Below are positions 7,500-17,329 of a DNA stretch of 35,721 bases, piece after piece. This DNA is from a virus (taxonomy: Duplodnaviria > Heunggongvirae > Uroviricota > Caudoviricetes): IMG/VR virus record IMGVR_UViG_2713896776_000006. One strand, 5' to 3'. Under the pieces are notes generated by a model. It did no database searches and was not told where the DNA came from. It worked only from the letters and a program-made list of their open reading frames with translations. Position numbers and translations under genes: made by a program. Each line of letters begins with the position of its first letter. The stretch's first letter is position 1.

Positions 7500-9974
7500 A
7501 TGAAATCCCACTTAATTTATATGATAGGTTTTATAATGGATATTAATTTTACAGAGTTGATTATTAGCAAGCAAACTATTGATTATGCTAAACTAGTTAC
7601 AAATATTTGTTCTGGAAAGGCAATGTTGTTTTTGGGGGCGGGTTTCTCTAAAGAAGCTACGAATATTAATGATACTAATCCTTCTTCTTCAATAGAGCTA
7701 TCTCATATATTATGTGGTCTTTGTTCAATACCTAAAAATGATAATCTACGCTTTTCTTCTGATTATTACTTAGCAAAAAACTCGTCATTAAAATTAATAG
7801 AACTATTAATTTATAATTATTCTATAAAAACAACATCGGAGAACCAAAATATAATCGCATCGCTACCATGGAAACGTTGTTACACAACTAATTATGACCG
7901 ATGTTTTGAGATCGCAGCTGAATCATCCGGTAATAAATTCGAAACTATAGATCTTGAGCATAAAACAAAGGAATATTATAAGCGCAAGAATTTATGTATT
8001 CATCTTAATGGTTCAATTAATAATATTTCTACTGAAACGCTTGATGATTCATTCAAACTTTCTGATTCATCTTATTCAAGCCCTGACTCTTTTACTGACT
8101 CTGAATGGTTCTATTATTTTAAAAGAGATTTAGATAGGTGTGGCGCGATCGTTTTTATCGGTTATTCAATGTATGATATTGAAATAAAAAAAATCCTTTC
8201 TACCTTACCTCAATTAAAAGAGAAAACATTTTTTGTAACTAGTCTCAATCCTGATATCGAATTAGAATTTACTCTAGAAAAATTCGGTACCGTTTTGCCT
8301 ATAGGTTTGAGTGGTTTTGCCAATAGAATAAGAGATAATATTACTTCAGTATCAGAAGAGCAGGAGTATAAGCTACAGTCACTTTTTCTTCATGATATAA
8401 CCAATGAATCAAGTTCTATTAGAGATGAAGAGGTTGAAAAAATGTTGATGTATGGTGATTTGGATGATCATCATATTGATAATTTTATACTTGGTAATAC
8501 TAAGGTACCGTTTTTAGTAAAAAGAAGTGAAATTGATAAAGCTGTTTCATTAATTGAACAATCAAAAAATGTAATTATTTATTCGGCGCTTGGAAACGGA
8601 AAAACCATCTTATTGAAAGAGCTAAGGAGTGTTTTATCCGTCGGTGGTTATGATGTTTATACAGTGGCCGATATAGATGGTGATTTTATATCAGATATTG
8701 ACTATATAGCACAATCATCCATGAAAAATATCATATTACTTGATGGGTATGAGAAGAATCTTGAATTAATGGAACATGTGGGCAGAGCTGCTTACGAAAA
8801 TGTACTAATACTTGCTACTGCCCGTGTTGCAGATCATGAATATCACAGAGATGATTTGGAGCGCATAAAATTCAAATATTCTGAAATAAATATTGATATG
8901 TTAGATGAGGTAGAGTTAAAAGATTTTTCAAAAATAATAGATAACTTAGGTCTTTGGGGAGATAATGCAGGGCTTAGTGTAGAGCAAAAGGTAAGATATT
9001 TAGCTAATGAGAATAACAGTCAATTCTCAATTGCATTGCTTACTCTTTTGGAGTCGCCGCAAATAAAAAATAAGATAAGTGATTTAATTACCGGGATTAA
9101 AAAGAGTAAGAGTCATGAAAACACAATTATTTCAATTTGTCTTTGTCAAATACTTGGCATTGAAACGAATCGAGGGATTATATCTGATCTTGCAGGCAAT
9201 GATTTGATTTATGATCCGGATTTTACTAATAACAGTGCGTTTAAGGCAATATTTAATTTCCATGGCGGTAGGATCATTAACGGGTCTAGTTTATTTTGCA
9301 TACATCTAATAAAAAATAATTTCACTCCTACTGTTATTATAGAGCGAATGCTTACTATTGCATCAAGGTTTAATCAATTAAACTCTAAGGATTATGAACA
9401 GGATAGAATATTTAAAGCTATGCTCAGGTTTTCTTTTGTTGAGCAGCTGCTTCCTGAAAGTATGAAAATATCAACGCTACAACGATATTATGAAAAGTTA
9501 AAAATTGAAGTTCCATGGCTAAATTCAAACCCACACTTCTGGTTGCAATACGCAATGTGTTTTATTGCTTACAAAAATTACCCAAAAGCACAACAGTATA
9601 TTGACCAGGCATATGCGTTAGCTGAAAAGCGAGCAAAATATCACACGAACAATATTGATACCCAGCAAGCAAAAATATATTTGCTTTCAAGCGAAAAGAT
9701 ACCAGATGGTAATATTGTATTCTCTAATTTCGAAAAGGCAAACAACCTTCTTAGTAATTTGGATGTGGATATTTACTCTCTGAGGCAGTTTTCGAGATAT
9801 AAAGATTTTCATTTGTCAAATTACAATAAGCTATCGAAGAGTAATAAAGTTAAATATATGGAAGCATGTAAACAGTCTTTAAATAAAATATCTGAATATG
9901 AAGGAGATGGCGGCGTAAGTCAATCATATGTTGCTAAAGTGATTGAAATATTAAAGCATATTACAAAGGTATAA
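7500..9974 (+). CDS. Candidate anti-phage defence protein: N-terminal SIR2-like (SIR2_2-type) NADase domain fused to a P-loop NTPase and a C-terminal helical domain
   Basis: Long uninterrupted ORF (824 aa from the first ATG; track ORF starts at 7467 with TTG). SIR2-family motifs in canonical order: LFLGAGFS, CYTTNYD, IHLNGS, VFIGYSMYD. Downstream a Walker A-like SALGNGKT, Walker B-like NIILLDGYE, then ILATAR. Strongly AT-rich relative to flanking phage genes. Located at the P2 tin/old variable locus between cos and Q. Confidence 0.7.
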   Translation: MKSHLIYMIGFIMDINFTELIISKQTIDYAKLVTNICSGKAMLFLGAGFSKEATNINDTNPSSSIELSHILCGLCSIPKNDNLRFSSDYYLAKNSSLKLIELLIYNYSIKTTSENQNIIASLPWKRCYTTNYDRCFEIAAESSGNKFETIDLEHKTKEYYKRKNLCIHLNGSINNISTETLDDSFKLSDSSYSSPDSFTDSEWFYYFKRDLDRCGAIVFIGYSMYDIEIKKILSTLPQLKEKTFFVTSLNPDIELEFTLEKFGTVLPIGLSGFANRIRDNITSVSEEQEYKLQSLFLHDITNESSSIRDEEVEKMLMYGDLDDHHIDNFILGNTKVPFLVKRSEIDKAVSLIEQSKNVIIYSALGNGKTILLKELRSVLSVGGYDVYTVADIDGDFISDIDYIAQSSMKNIILLDGYEKNLELMEHVGRAAYENVLILATARVADHEYHRDDLERIKFKYSEINIDMLDEVELKDFSKIIDNLGLWGDNAGLSVEQKVRYLANENNSQFSIALLTLLESPQIKNKISDLITGIKKSKSHENTIISICLCQILGIETNRGIISDLAGNDLIYDPDFTNNSAFKAIFNFHGGRIINGSSLFCIHLIKNNFTPTVIIERMLTIASRFNQLNSKDYEQDRIFKAMLRFSFVEQLLPESMKISTLQRYYEKLKIEVPWLNSNPHFWLQYAMCFIAYKNYPKAQQYIDQAYALAEKRAKYHTNNIDTQQAKIYLLSSEKIPDGNIVFSNFEKANNLLSNLDVDIYSLRQFSRYKDFHLSNYNKLSKSNKVKYMEACKQSLNKISEYEGDGGVSQSYVAKVIEILKHITKV

Positions 9975-9975
9975 T

Positions 9976-10003
9976 AAAAAAGGCCGCTCTGCGGCCTTTT
10001 TTA
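9976..10003. terminator. Bidirectional rho-independent terminator between convergent defence gene and Q
   Basis: aaaaa-aggccgc-tct-gcggcct-tttttt seen directly after the defence ORF stop and after the Q stop on the opposite strand. Confidence 0.65.
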
Positions 10004-10007
10004 TAGG

Positions 10008-11042
10008 CTAATAATCCTCATCGCTAAGTTTGTAATTTTTAAAACATATTACTGATTCTCCTACCCAATGATTGACCTCACTGAGCCGGTTTTGGAGTGG
10101 AGTAAGTTCATTTCGCACGAATACTTTTGCCACTTTCTCAATATCACCCAGTGACCCGACATTCTCCGGCTTGCCGCCCATCAACTGAAAGGGGACGCGG
10201 TGTGCGTCCAGCAGGTCTGCGGCGCTGGCTTTTTTGATATTAAAAAAATCGTCCTTCGTTGCCACTTCACTGAGCGGGATAATTTTGATGCCGTCGGCTT
10301 TCCCCTGTGGGGCATAGAGAAACAGATTTTTAAAGTTGTTGCGGCCTTTCGACTTGACCATGTTTTCGCGAAGCATTTCGATATCGTTGCGATCCTGCAC
10401 GGCATCGGTGACGTACATGATGTATCCGGCATGAGCGCCATTTTCGTAATACTTTCGGCGGAACAGCGTGGCCGACTCATTCAGCCAGGCAGAATTAAGG
10501 GCGCTGAGATATTCCGGCAGGCCGTACAGCTCCTGATTAATATCCGGCTCCAGCAGGTGAAACACGGAGCCGGGCGTGAAGGCTGTCGGCTCGTTGAAGG
10601 ACGGCACCCACCAGTAAACATCCTCTTCCACACCACGGCGGGTATATTTTGCCGGTGAGGTTTCCAGTCTGATGACCTTACCGGTGGTGCTGTAACGCTT
10701 TTCCAGAAACGCATTACCGAACACCAGAAAATCCAGTACAAAGCGGCTGAAATCCTGCTGAGAAAGCCACGGATGCGGGATAAATGTTGAGGCCAGAATA
10801 TTACGTTTGACGTAAATCGGTGAGCTGTGATGCACGGCAGCACGCAGGCTTTTTGCCAGACCGGTAAAGCTGACCGGTGGCTCATACCATCTGCCGTTAC
10901 TGATGCACTCGACGTAATCCAGAATGTCACGGCGGTCGAGTACCGGCACCGGCTCACCAAAGGTGAATGCCTCCATTTTCGGGGCGCTGGCGGTCATTGT
11001 TTTTGCCGCAGGTCGCGGTGTTTTCCCTTTTTTCTTGCTCAT
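10008..11042 (-). CDS. Q: Portal protein
   Basis: 344-aa ORF, first gene of leftward late operon, stop/start overlap with P; same length as P2 gpQ. Confidence 0.93.
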   Translation of the reverse strand: MSKKKGKTPRPAAKTMTASAPKMEAFTFGEPVPVLDRRDILDYVECISNGRWYEPPVSFTGLAKSLRAAVHHSSPIYVKRNILASTFIPHPWLSQQDFSRFVLDFLVFGNAFLEKRYSTTGKVIRLETSPAKYTRRGVEEDVYWWVPSFNEPTAFTPGSVFHLLEPDINQELYGLPEYLSALNSAWLNESATLFRRKYYENGAHAGYIMYVTDAVQDRNDIEMLRENMVKSKGRNNFKNLFLYAPQGKADGIKIIPLSEVATKDDFFNIKKASAADLLDAHRVPFQLMGGKPENVGSLGDIEKVAKVFVRNELTPLQNRLSEVNHWVGESVICFKNYKLSDEDY

Positions 11043-12814
11043 CAGTAAAACTCCAGAATGGTGGATGTCAGTGGGGTGCTGATACCGGCGGTGAGTGGCT
11101 CATTTAACAGGGCGTGCATGGTCGCCCAGGCGAGGTCGGCGTGGCTGGCTTCCTCGCTGCGGCTGGCCTCATAGGTGGCGCTGCGTCCGCTGCTGGTCAT
11201 GGTCTTGCGGATAGCCATAAACGAGCTGGTGATGTCGGTGGCGCTGACGTCATATTCCAGACAGCCACGGCGGATAACGTCTTTTGCCTTGAGCACCATT
11301 GCGGTTTTCATTTCCGGCGTGTAGCGGATATCGCGCGCGGCGGGATAGAACGAGCGCACGAGCTGGAACACGCCGACACCGAGGCCGGTGGCATCAATAC
11401 CGATGTATTCGACGTTATATTTTTCGGTGAGTTTGCGGATGGATTCAGCCTGAGTGGCAAAGTCCATGCCTTTCCACTGGTGACGCTCAAGTATTCTGAA
11501 TTTGCCACCGGCCACCACCGGCGGTGCCAGCACCACGCATCCGGCGCTGTCGCCACGGTGTGACGGGTCGTAACCAATCCATACCGGGCGGGAACCGAAC
11601 GGATTGGCGGCAAAGGGTGCATAGTCTTCCCATTCTTCCAGCGTGTCGACCATGCAGCGTTGCAACTCCTCGAACGGGAACACCGACGCCTTGTCGTCAA
11701 CAAATTCACACATGAACAGGTTTTTAAAATCGTCGGCGCTGTTTTCGCGTTTGAGCTGTTCAATGTCGAACAGCGTGCAGCCACCTTTCAGGGCGTCCTC
11801 AATGGTGACAATCTGCCGCCACTGGCCGTCTGCACAGAGAAGCCCACCGGCAAGGGCGTTATGACTGACGTCGATTTCCACGCGTTCGGCGGCGCTGGCG
11901 CGTCCCCGGTTGAACAGTTCACCCGACCAGAACGGGTAGGCGTCGTGCGCCAGCGTGGACGGGGTGGAGAAATAGGTCGAGCGCAGGTGACTCTGTGAGG
12001 CCATACCTGATGCCACCTTACGCAGTACCTGAAAATTCGGGATCCAGAAAATCTCATCGACGTACAGGTCGCCGTTATGGCTCTGCGCGGTGTTGGAGTT
12101 GGTGCCGAGAAAAATCAGTTTTGCGCCGTTATTGCCCAGGACAATCGGGTCACCGGTCAGGTCAACGTCAACCAGCCGGGCAAAGGCGATGATGTATTCG
12201 CGGAACACATACGCCTGCGTTTTACTGGCCGACAGAAAAATCTGGTTATGACCGGTTTTCAGGGCGCGCAGCAGCGCCTCGCGGGAAAAATAAAACGTCG
12301 CGCCAATCTGGCGGGATTTCAGGATATCGCGGATGCGGTGCTCAAGCCCGGCGCGATACCAGTGCAACTGATAGTCGAAAGACTGCTCAAAGAAAATCTG
12401 CTCCAGCTTTTCGATGGCCTCGTCACTGAAAAAATTCTTTTTCGGTTTGCGACGCCCGCCTTTGTTGCGGTTAGCGACGTTCGGATTAAGGTCTGCCTCG
12501 TTGCCGGTCTGACTGTAGCGGTTGACCCGCGCCAGTCGTTCAATCTGGCGTCCCAGCAGGTCAATTTCCTTGAAGTCACCGCCGGTTTTCTGCGGTTTGA
12601 TGATGAGCTGGGTCAGCCGCGCTTCCAGACTCATTTCGACACGGCTGATGGGGGCAACGCTGTCCCAGCCGTCGCGCTGTTTCCAGCTCTGCACCGTCGG
12701 GCGTTTCATCTGCAACATGGCGGCAATCTGCGGCACGGAAAACCCCTGCCAGTACAGCAGCGCCGCCTGACGACGCGGATCGTGTAAAAGAGTGGTGTCT
12801 GTGGTGATGGTCAT
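11042..12814 (-). CDS. P: Terminase large subunit (ATPase)
   Basis: 590 aa from the internal ATG preceded by GGCGAGG (track ORF extends 10 codons further); same length as P2 gpP. Confidence 0.93.
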   Translation of the reverse strand: MTITTDTTLLHDPRRQAALLYWQGFSVPQIAAMLQMKRPTVQSWKQRDGWDSVAPISRVEMSLEARLTQLIIKPQKTGGDFKEIDLLGRQIERLARVNRYSQTGNEADLNPNVANRNKGGRRKPKKNFFSDEAIEKLEQIFFEQSFDYQLHWYRAGLEHRIRDILKSRQIGATFYFSREALLRALKTGHNQIFLSASKTQAYVFREYIIAFARLVDVDLTGDPIVLGNNGAKLIFLGTNSNTAQSHNGDLYVDEIFWIPNFQVLRKVASGMASQSHLRSTYFSTPSTLAHDAYPFWSGELFNRGRASAAERVEIDVSHNALAGGLLCADGQWRQIVTIEDALKGGCTLFDIEQLKRENSADDFKNLFMCEFVDDKASVFPFEELQRCMVDTLEEWEDYAPFAANPFGSRPVWIGYDPSHRGDSAGCVVLAPPVVAGGKFRILERHQWKGMDFATQAESIRKLTEKYNVEYIGIDATGLGVGVFQLVRSFYPAARDIRYTPEMKTAMVLKAKDVIRRGCLEYDVSATDITSSFMAIRKTMTSSGRSATYEASRSEEASHADLAWATMHALLNEPLTAGISTPLTSTILEFY

Positions 12815-12844
12815 GAATACCTCGCCGTGATGAATACACGGCAA

Positions 12845-12987
12845 GGCTACTGAGTCGCGCCCCGCGATTCGCTAAGGTGCTGTTGTGTCAGTGATAAGCC
12901 ATCCGGGACTGATGGCGGAGGATGCGCATCGTCGGGAAACTGATGCCGACATGTGACTCCTCTAATCACTATTCAGGACTCCTGACA
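12845..12987. promoter_or_regulatory. Divergent late promoter region (leftward Q-P operon and rightward O-N-M-L operon)
   Basis: Inferred from divergent gene arrangement identical to P2 PP/PO; I could not confidently place the Ogr-binding dyad by eye. Confidence 0.4.
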
Positions 12988-13842
12988 ATGGCAAAAAAAG
13001 CATCAAAATTCTTTCGTATCGGCGTTGAGGGTGACACCTGTGACGGGCGTGTCATCAGTGCGCAGGATATTCAGGAAATGGCCGAAACCTTTGACCCGCG
13101 AGTCTATGGTTGCCGCATTAACCTGGAACATCTGCGCGGCATCCTGCCTGACGGTATTTTTAAGCGTTATGGCGATGTGGTCGAACTGAAGGCCGAAAAG
13201 ATTGACGATGATTCGGCGCTGAAAGGCAAATGGGCGCTGTTTGCGAAAATCACCCCGACCGATGACCTTATCGCGATGAACAAGGCCGCGCAGAAGGTCT
13301 ATACCTCAATGGAAATTCAGCCGAACTTTGCCAATACAGGCAAATGTTATCTGGTGGGTCTGGCCGTCACCGATGACCCGGCAAGCCTCGGCACGGAATA
13401 CCTGGAATTCTGCCGCACGGCAAAACACAACCCCCTGAACCGCTTCAAATTAAGCCCTGAAAACCTGATTTCAGTGGCAACGCCCGTTGAGCTGGAATTT
13501 GAAGACCTGCCTGAAACCGTGTTCACCGCCCTGACCGAAAAGGTGAAATCCATTTTTGGCCGCAAACAGGCCAGCGATGACGCCCGTCTGAATGACGTGC
13601 ATGAAGCGGTGACCGCTGTTGCTGAACATGTGCAGGAAAAACTGAGCGCCACTGAGCAGCGCCTCGCTGAGATGGAAACCGCCTTTTCCGCACTTAAGCA
13701 GGATGTGACTGACAGGGCGGATGAAACCAGCCAGGCATTCACCCGCCTGAAAAACAGCCTCGACCACACCGAAAGTCTGACCCAGCAGCGCCGCAGCAAG
13801 GCCACCGGCGGTGGCGGTGACGCCCTGATGACGAACTGCTGA
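12988..13842 (+). CDS. O: Capsid scaffolding protein
   Basis: 284 aa from MAKKASKFF; same length as P2 gpO; coiled-coil-rich C-terminus. Confidence 0.9.
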   Translation: MAKKASKFFRIGVEGDTCDGRVISAQDIQEMAETFDPRVYGCRINLEHLRGILPDGIFKRYGDVVELKAEKIDDDSALKGKWALFAKITPTDDLIAMNKAAQKVYTSMEIQPNFANTGKCYLVGLAVTDDPASLGTEYLEFCRTAKHNPLNRFKLSPENLISVATPVELEFEDLPETVFTALTEKVKSIFGRKQASDDARLNDVHEAVTAVAEHVQEKLSATEQRLAEMETAFSALKQDVTDRADETSQAFTRLKNSLDHTESLTQQRRSKATGGGGDALMTNC

Positions 13843-13900
13843 CCGGCGTCAGTCAGTCCGGGAAAACCTTCACGATTAACCCTTAATTTCAGGAAAAACT

Positions 13901-14974
13901 ATGCGCCAGGAAACCCGCTTTAAATTTAATGCCTACCTGTCCCGTGTTGCCGAACTGAACGGCATCGACGCCGGTGATGTGTCGAAAAAATTCACCGTTG
14001 AACCGTCGGTCACCCAGACCCTGATGAACACCATGCAGGAGTCCTCTGATTTTCTGACCCGCATCAACATTGTGCCGGTCAGCGAAATGAAAGGGGAAAA
14101 AATTGGTATTGGTGTCACCGGCTCCATCGCCAGCACCACAGACACCGCCGGTGGCACCGAGCGTCAGCCGAAGGACTTCTCGAAGCTGGCGTCAAACAAG
14201 TACGAATGCGACCAGATTAACTTCGATTTTTATATCCGCTACAAAACGCTTGACCTGTGGGCGCGTTATCAGGATTTCCAGCTCCGTGTCCGTAACGCCA
14301 TTATCAAACGCCAGTCCCTTGATTTCATCATGGCCGGTTTTAACGGCGTGAGGCGTGCCGAAACCTCTGACCGCAGCAGCAATCCGATGCTGCAGGATGT
14401 GGCGGTCGGCTGGCTGCAGAAATACCGCAATGAAGCCCCGGCGCGCGTGATGAGCAAGGTTACTGACGAGGAAGGTCACACGACCTCTGAGGTCATCCGC
14501 GTGGGTAAGGGCGGTGATTATGCCAGCCTCGATGCACTGGTGATGGATGCGACCAACAACCTGATTGAGCCGTGGTATCAGGAAGACCCTGACCTTGTGG
14601 TGATTGTGGGGCGTCAGCTACTGGCGGACAAGTATTTCCCCATCGTCAACAAGGAGCAGGACAACAGCGAGATGCTGGCCGCTGACGTCATTATCAGCCA
14701 GAAACGCATCGGTAACCTGCCGGCGGTACGCGTCCCGTACTTCCCGGCGGATGCGATGCTCATCACGAAGCTGGAAAACCTGTCCATCTACTACATGGAT
14801 GACAGCCATCGCCGCGTGATTGTGGAAAACCCGAAACTCGACCGCGTGGAGAACTACGAGTCAATGAACATTGATTACGTGGTGGAAGACTACGCCGCCG
14901 GTTGTCTGGTGGAAAAAATTAAGGTCGGTGACTTCTCCACACCGACTAAAGTGACCGCAGAGCCGGGAGCGTAA
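13901..14974 (+). CDS. N: Major capsid protein
   Basis: 357-aa ORF following O; same length and order as P2 gpN. Confidence 0.93.
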   Translation: MRQETRFKFNAYLSRVAELNGIDAGDVSKKFTVEPSVTQTLMNTMQESSDFLTRINIVPVSEMKGEKIGIGVTGSIASTTDTAGGTERQPKDFSKLASNKYECDQINFDFYIRYKTLDLWARYQDFQLRVRNAIIKRQSLDFIMAGFNGVRRAETSDRSSNPMLQDVAVGWLQKYRNEAPARVMSKVTDEEGHTTSEVIRVGKGGDYASLDALVMDATNNLIEPWYQEDPDLVVIVGRQLLADKYFPIVNKEQDNSEMLAADVIISQKRIGNLPAVRVPYFPADAMLITKLENLSIYYMDDSHRRVIVENPKLDRVENYESMNIDYVVEDYAAGCLVEKIKVGDFSTPTKVTAEPGA

Positions 14975-14977
14975 CCG

Positions 14978-15721
14978 ATGACGAGTCCCGCACAGCGCCA
15001 CATGATGCGGGTCTCGGCAGCGATGACCGCGCAGCGGGACGCCGCCCCGCTGCGACATGCAACTGTCTATGAGCAGATGCTGGTCAAGCTGGCCGCAGAC
15101 CAGCGCACACTGAAAGCGATTTATTCAAAAGAGCTGAAGGCCGCGAAAAAACGCGAACTGCTGCCGTTCTGGTTGCCGTGGGTGAACGGCGTACTGGAGC
15201 AGGGCAAAGGTGCACAGGATGACATTCTGATGACAGTCATGCTGTGGCGTCTGGATACCGGCGATATTGCCGGTGCGCTGGAGATTGCCCGTTATGCCCT
15301 GAAGTACGGTCTGACCATGCCGGGTAAACACCGCCGCACCCCGCCGTACATGTTCACCGAGGAGGTGGCGCTCGCGGCCATGCGCGCCCACGCTGCCGGT
15401 GAGTCTGTGGATCCCCGCCTGCTGACGGACACCCTCGAACTGACCGCCACGGCTGACATGCCTGATGAAGTGCGCGCAAAGCTGCATAAAATCACCGGTC
15501 TGTTTCTGCGTGACGGTGGTGATGCCGCCAGTGCGCTGGCGCACCTGCAACGTGCGACACAGCTCGACTGTCAGGCCGGCGTCAAAAAAGAGATTGAACG
15601 GCTGGAGCGGGAGCTGAAACCGAAGCCGGAGCCGCAGCCCAAAGCGGCCACCCGTGTCCCGCGTAAGACCCGGAGCGTGACACCGGCAAAACGTGGACGC
15701 CCGAAAAAGAAAGCCAGTTAA
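14978..15721 (+). CDS. M: Terminase small (endonuclease) subunit
   Basis: 247-aa ORF with basic C-terminal tail; same length and order as P2 gpM. Confidence 0.9.
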   Translation: MTSPAQRHMMRVSAAMTAQRDAAPLRHATVYEQMLVKLAADQRTLKAIYSKELKAAKKRELLPFWLPWVNGVLEQGKGAQDDILMTVMLWRLDTGDIAGALEIARYALKYGLTMPGKHRRTPPYMFTEEVALAAMRAHAAGESVDPRLLTDTLELTATADMPDEVRAKLHKITGLFLRDGGDAASALAHLQRATQLDCQAGVKKEIERLERELKPKPEPQPKAATRVPRKTRSVTPAKRGRPKKKAS

Positions 15722-15820
15722 CAACCGAATGCGCCCCGCGCCAGGGCGGCACGCCGGTCAGTGAGGGTGAATCACCTGACACTGCACCGGCGTCCACCGC
15801 CCGACTTTTCAGAGGTAGTC

Positions 15821-16330
15821 ATGATGACGCTGATTATTCCGCGAAAGGAGGCTCCTGTATCCGGTGAGGGTACGGTGGTCATCCCGCAACCGGCAGGCGA
15901 CGAGCCGGTGATTAAAAACACGTTCTTTTTTCCCGATATCGACCCGAAGCGCGTCCGGGAACGTATGCGCCTTGAGCAGACCGTCGCCCCCGCCCGTCTG
16001 CGTGAGGCCATCAAGTCAGGCATGGCGGAGACGAATGCGGAGCTGTACGAGTACCGCGAACAGAAAATTGCCGCCGGTTTTACACGTCTGGCGGACGTCC
16101 CGGCGGACGACATCGACGGTGAAAGCATCAAAGTTTTTTACTACGAGCGCGCCGTGTGTGCGATGGCGACCGCGTCACTTTATGAACGTTATCGCGGTGT
16201 GGATGCCAGTGCGAAAGGCGACAAGAAGGCCGACAGCATTGACAGCACCATTGATGAGCTGTGGCGGGATATGCGCTGGGCAGTGGCGCGCATCCAGGAC
16301 AAGCCGCGCTGCATCGTGAGTCAAATCTGA
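15821..16330 (+). CDS. L: Head completion / stabilisation protein
   Basis: 169 aa from the ATG preceded by GAGG; same length as P2 gpL. Confidence 0.88.
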   Translation: MMTLIIPRKEAPVSGEGTVVIPQPAGDEPVIKNTFFFPDIDPKRVRERMRLEQTVAPARLREAIKSGMAETNAELYEYREQKIAAGFTRLADVPADDIDGESIKVFYYERAVCAMATASLYERYRGVDASAKGDKKADSIDSTIDELWRDMRWAVARIQDKPRCIVSQI

Positions 16331-16533
16331 TGAAGACCTTTGCGCTACAGGGCGACACGCTCGACGCCATTTGTGTCCGGTATTACGGGCGCACTGAGGG
16401 CGTGGTTGAGACCGTGCTCGCCGCAAATCCGGGACTGGCTGAACTGGGTGCGGTGCTGCCACACGGCACCGCCGTCGAACTGCCCGACGTTCAGACCGCG
16501 CCCGTGGCTGAAACTGTCAATCTGTGGGAGTAA
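16330..16533 (+). CDS. X: Tail protein X (LysM-like small protein)
   Basis: 67 aa from MKTFALQG, start overlapping the L stop (TGATG); same length as P2 gpX. Confidence 0.85.
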   Translation: MKTFALQGDTLDAICVRYYGRTEGVVETVLAANPGLAELGAVLPHGTAVELPDVQTAPVAETVNLWE

Positions 16534-16536
16534 CGC

Positions 16537-16818
16537 ATGACAGCAGAAGAAAAAAGCGTCCTGTCGCTTTTCATGATTGGGGTGCTGATTGTTGTCGGCA
16601 AGGTGCTTGCCGGTGGTGAACCCATCACCCCGCGTCTGTTTATCGGGCGCATGTTGCTCGGTGGTTTTGTCTCGATGGTTGCCGGTGTTGTTCTGGTGCA
16701 GTTCCCTGACCTGTCACTGCCTGCGGTGTGCGGCATCGGCTCCATGCTGGGTATCGCCGGTTATCAGGTGATTGAGATTGCCATTCAGCGCCGTTTTAAG
16801 GGCAGGGGGAAACCGTAA
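16537..16818 (+). CDS. Y: Holin
   Basis: 93-aa ORF with hydrophobic transmembrane segments, immediately upstream of endolysin; same length as P2 gpY. Confidence 0.85.
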   Translation: MTAEEKSVLSLFMIGVLIVVGKVLAGGEPITPRLFIGRMLLGGFVSMVAGVVLVQFPDLSLPAVCGIGSMLGIAGYQVIEIAIQRRFKGRGKP

Positions 16819-17315
16819 TGCCGGTTATTAACACGCATCAGAATATCGCTGCCTTTCTCGACATGCTGGCCGTGTCCGAAGGGACGGCGAATCATCCGCT
16901 GACGAAAAACCGGGGCTATGACGTGATAGTCACCGGACTGGACGGGAAGCCGGAAATTTTCACCGACTACAGTGACCACCCGTTCGCGTATGGCCGACCG
17001 GCGAAGGTGTTTAACCGTCGCGGTGAAAAATCCACGGCCTCCGGTCGCTATCAGCAGCTTTACCTGTTCTGGCCGCATTACCGCAAACAGCTTGCCCTGC
17101 CGGATTTCAGTCCGTTGTCACAGGACAGACTCGCCATTCAGTTGATCCGCGAACGCGGTGCACTGGATGACATCCGGGAGGGACGCATTGAGCGCGCCAT
17201 TTCACGCTGTCGCAATATCTGGGCGTCCCTGCCGGGTGCCGGTTACGGTCAGCGTGAGCATTCACTGGAAAAACTGGTCACCGTCTGGCGTACCGCTGGC
17301 GGCGTACCGGCTTAA
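16818..17315 (+). CDS. K: Endolysin (lysozyme-like)
   Basis: 165-aa ORF; conserved position after holin; same length as P2 gpK. Confidence 0.9.
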   Translation: MPVINTHQNIAAFLDMLAVSEGTANHPLTKNRGYDVIVTGLDGKPEIFTDYSDHPFAYGRPAKVFNRRGEKSTASGRYQQLYLFWPHYRKQLALPDFSPLSQDRLAIQLIRERGALDDIREGRIERAISRCRNIWASLPGAGYGQREHSLEKLVTVWRTAGGVPA

Positions 17316-17329
17316 ACGGAGTAAACACC

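Noticed and set aside
10181-12839. Many ORFs of 60 to 236 aa on both strands within Q and P (for example 10200..10658, 10481..10960, 11114..11563, 11308..11784, 12077..12787)
   Set aside because: All lie inside or antisense to the well-supported portal and terminase genes; typical GC-rich out-of-frame artefacts.
12845-12987. Attempt to place the Ogr-dependent late promoter dyad (TGT...ACA) here and upstream of V and FI
   Set aside because: I found TGT/ACA-like pairs with inconsistent spacing (for example TGT-N10-ACA at 19191..19207) and could not match them confidently to the consensus I recall; only promoter regions are reported, not motif positions.
13347-16745. Antisense or overlapping ORFs inside O, N, M, L and X (for example 13347..13805, 14192..14479, 15125..15724, 15772..16131, 16491..16745)
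   Set aside because: Embedded in conserved capsid and terminase genes with P2-matching lengths; no independent start signals.
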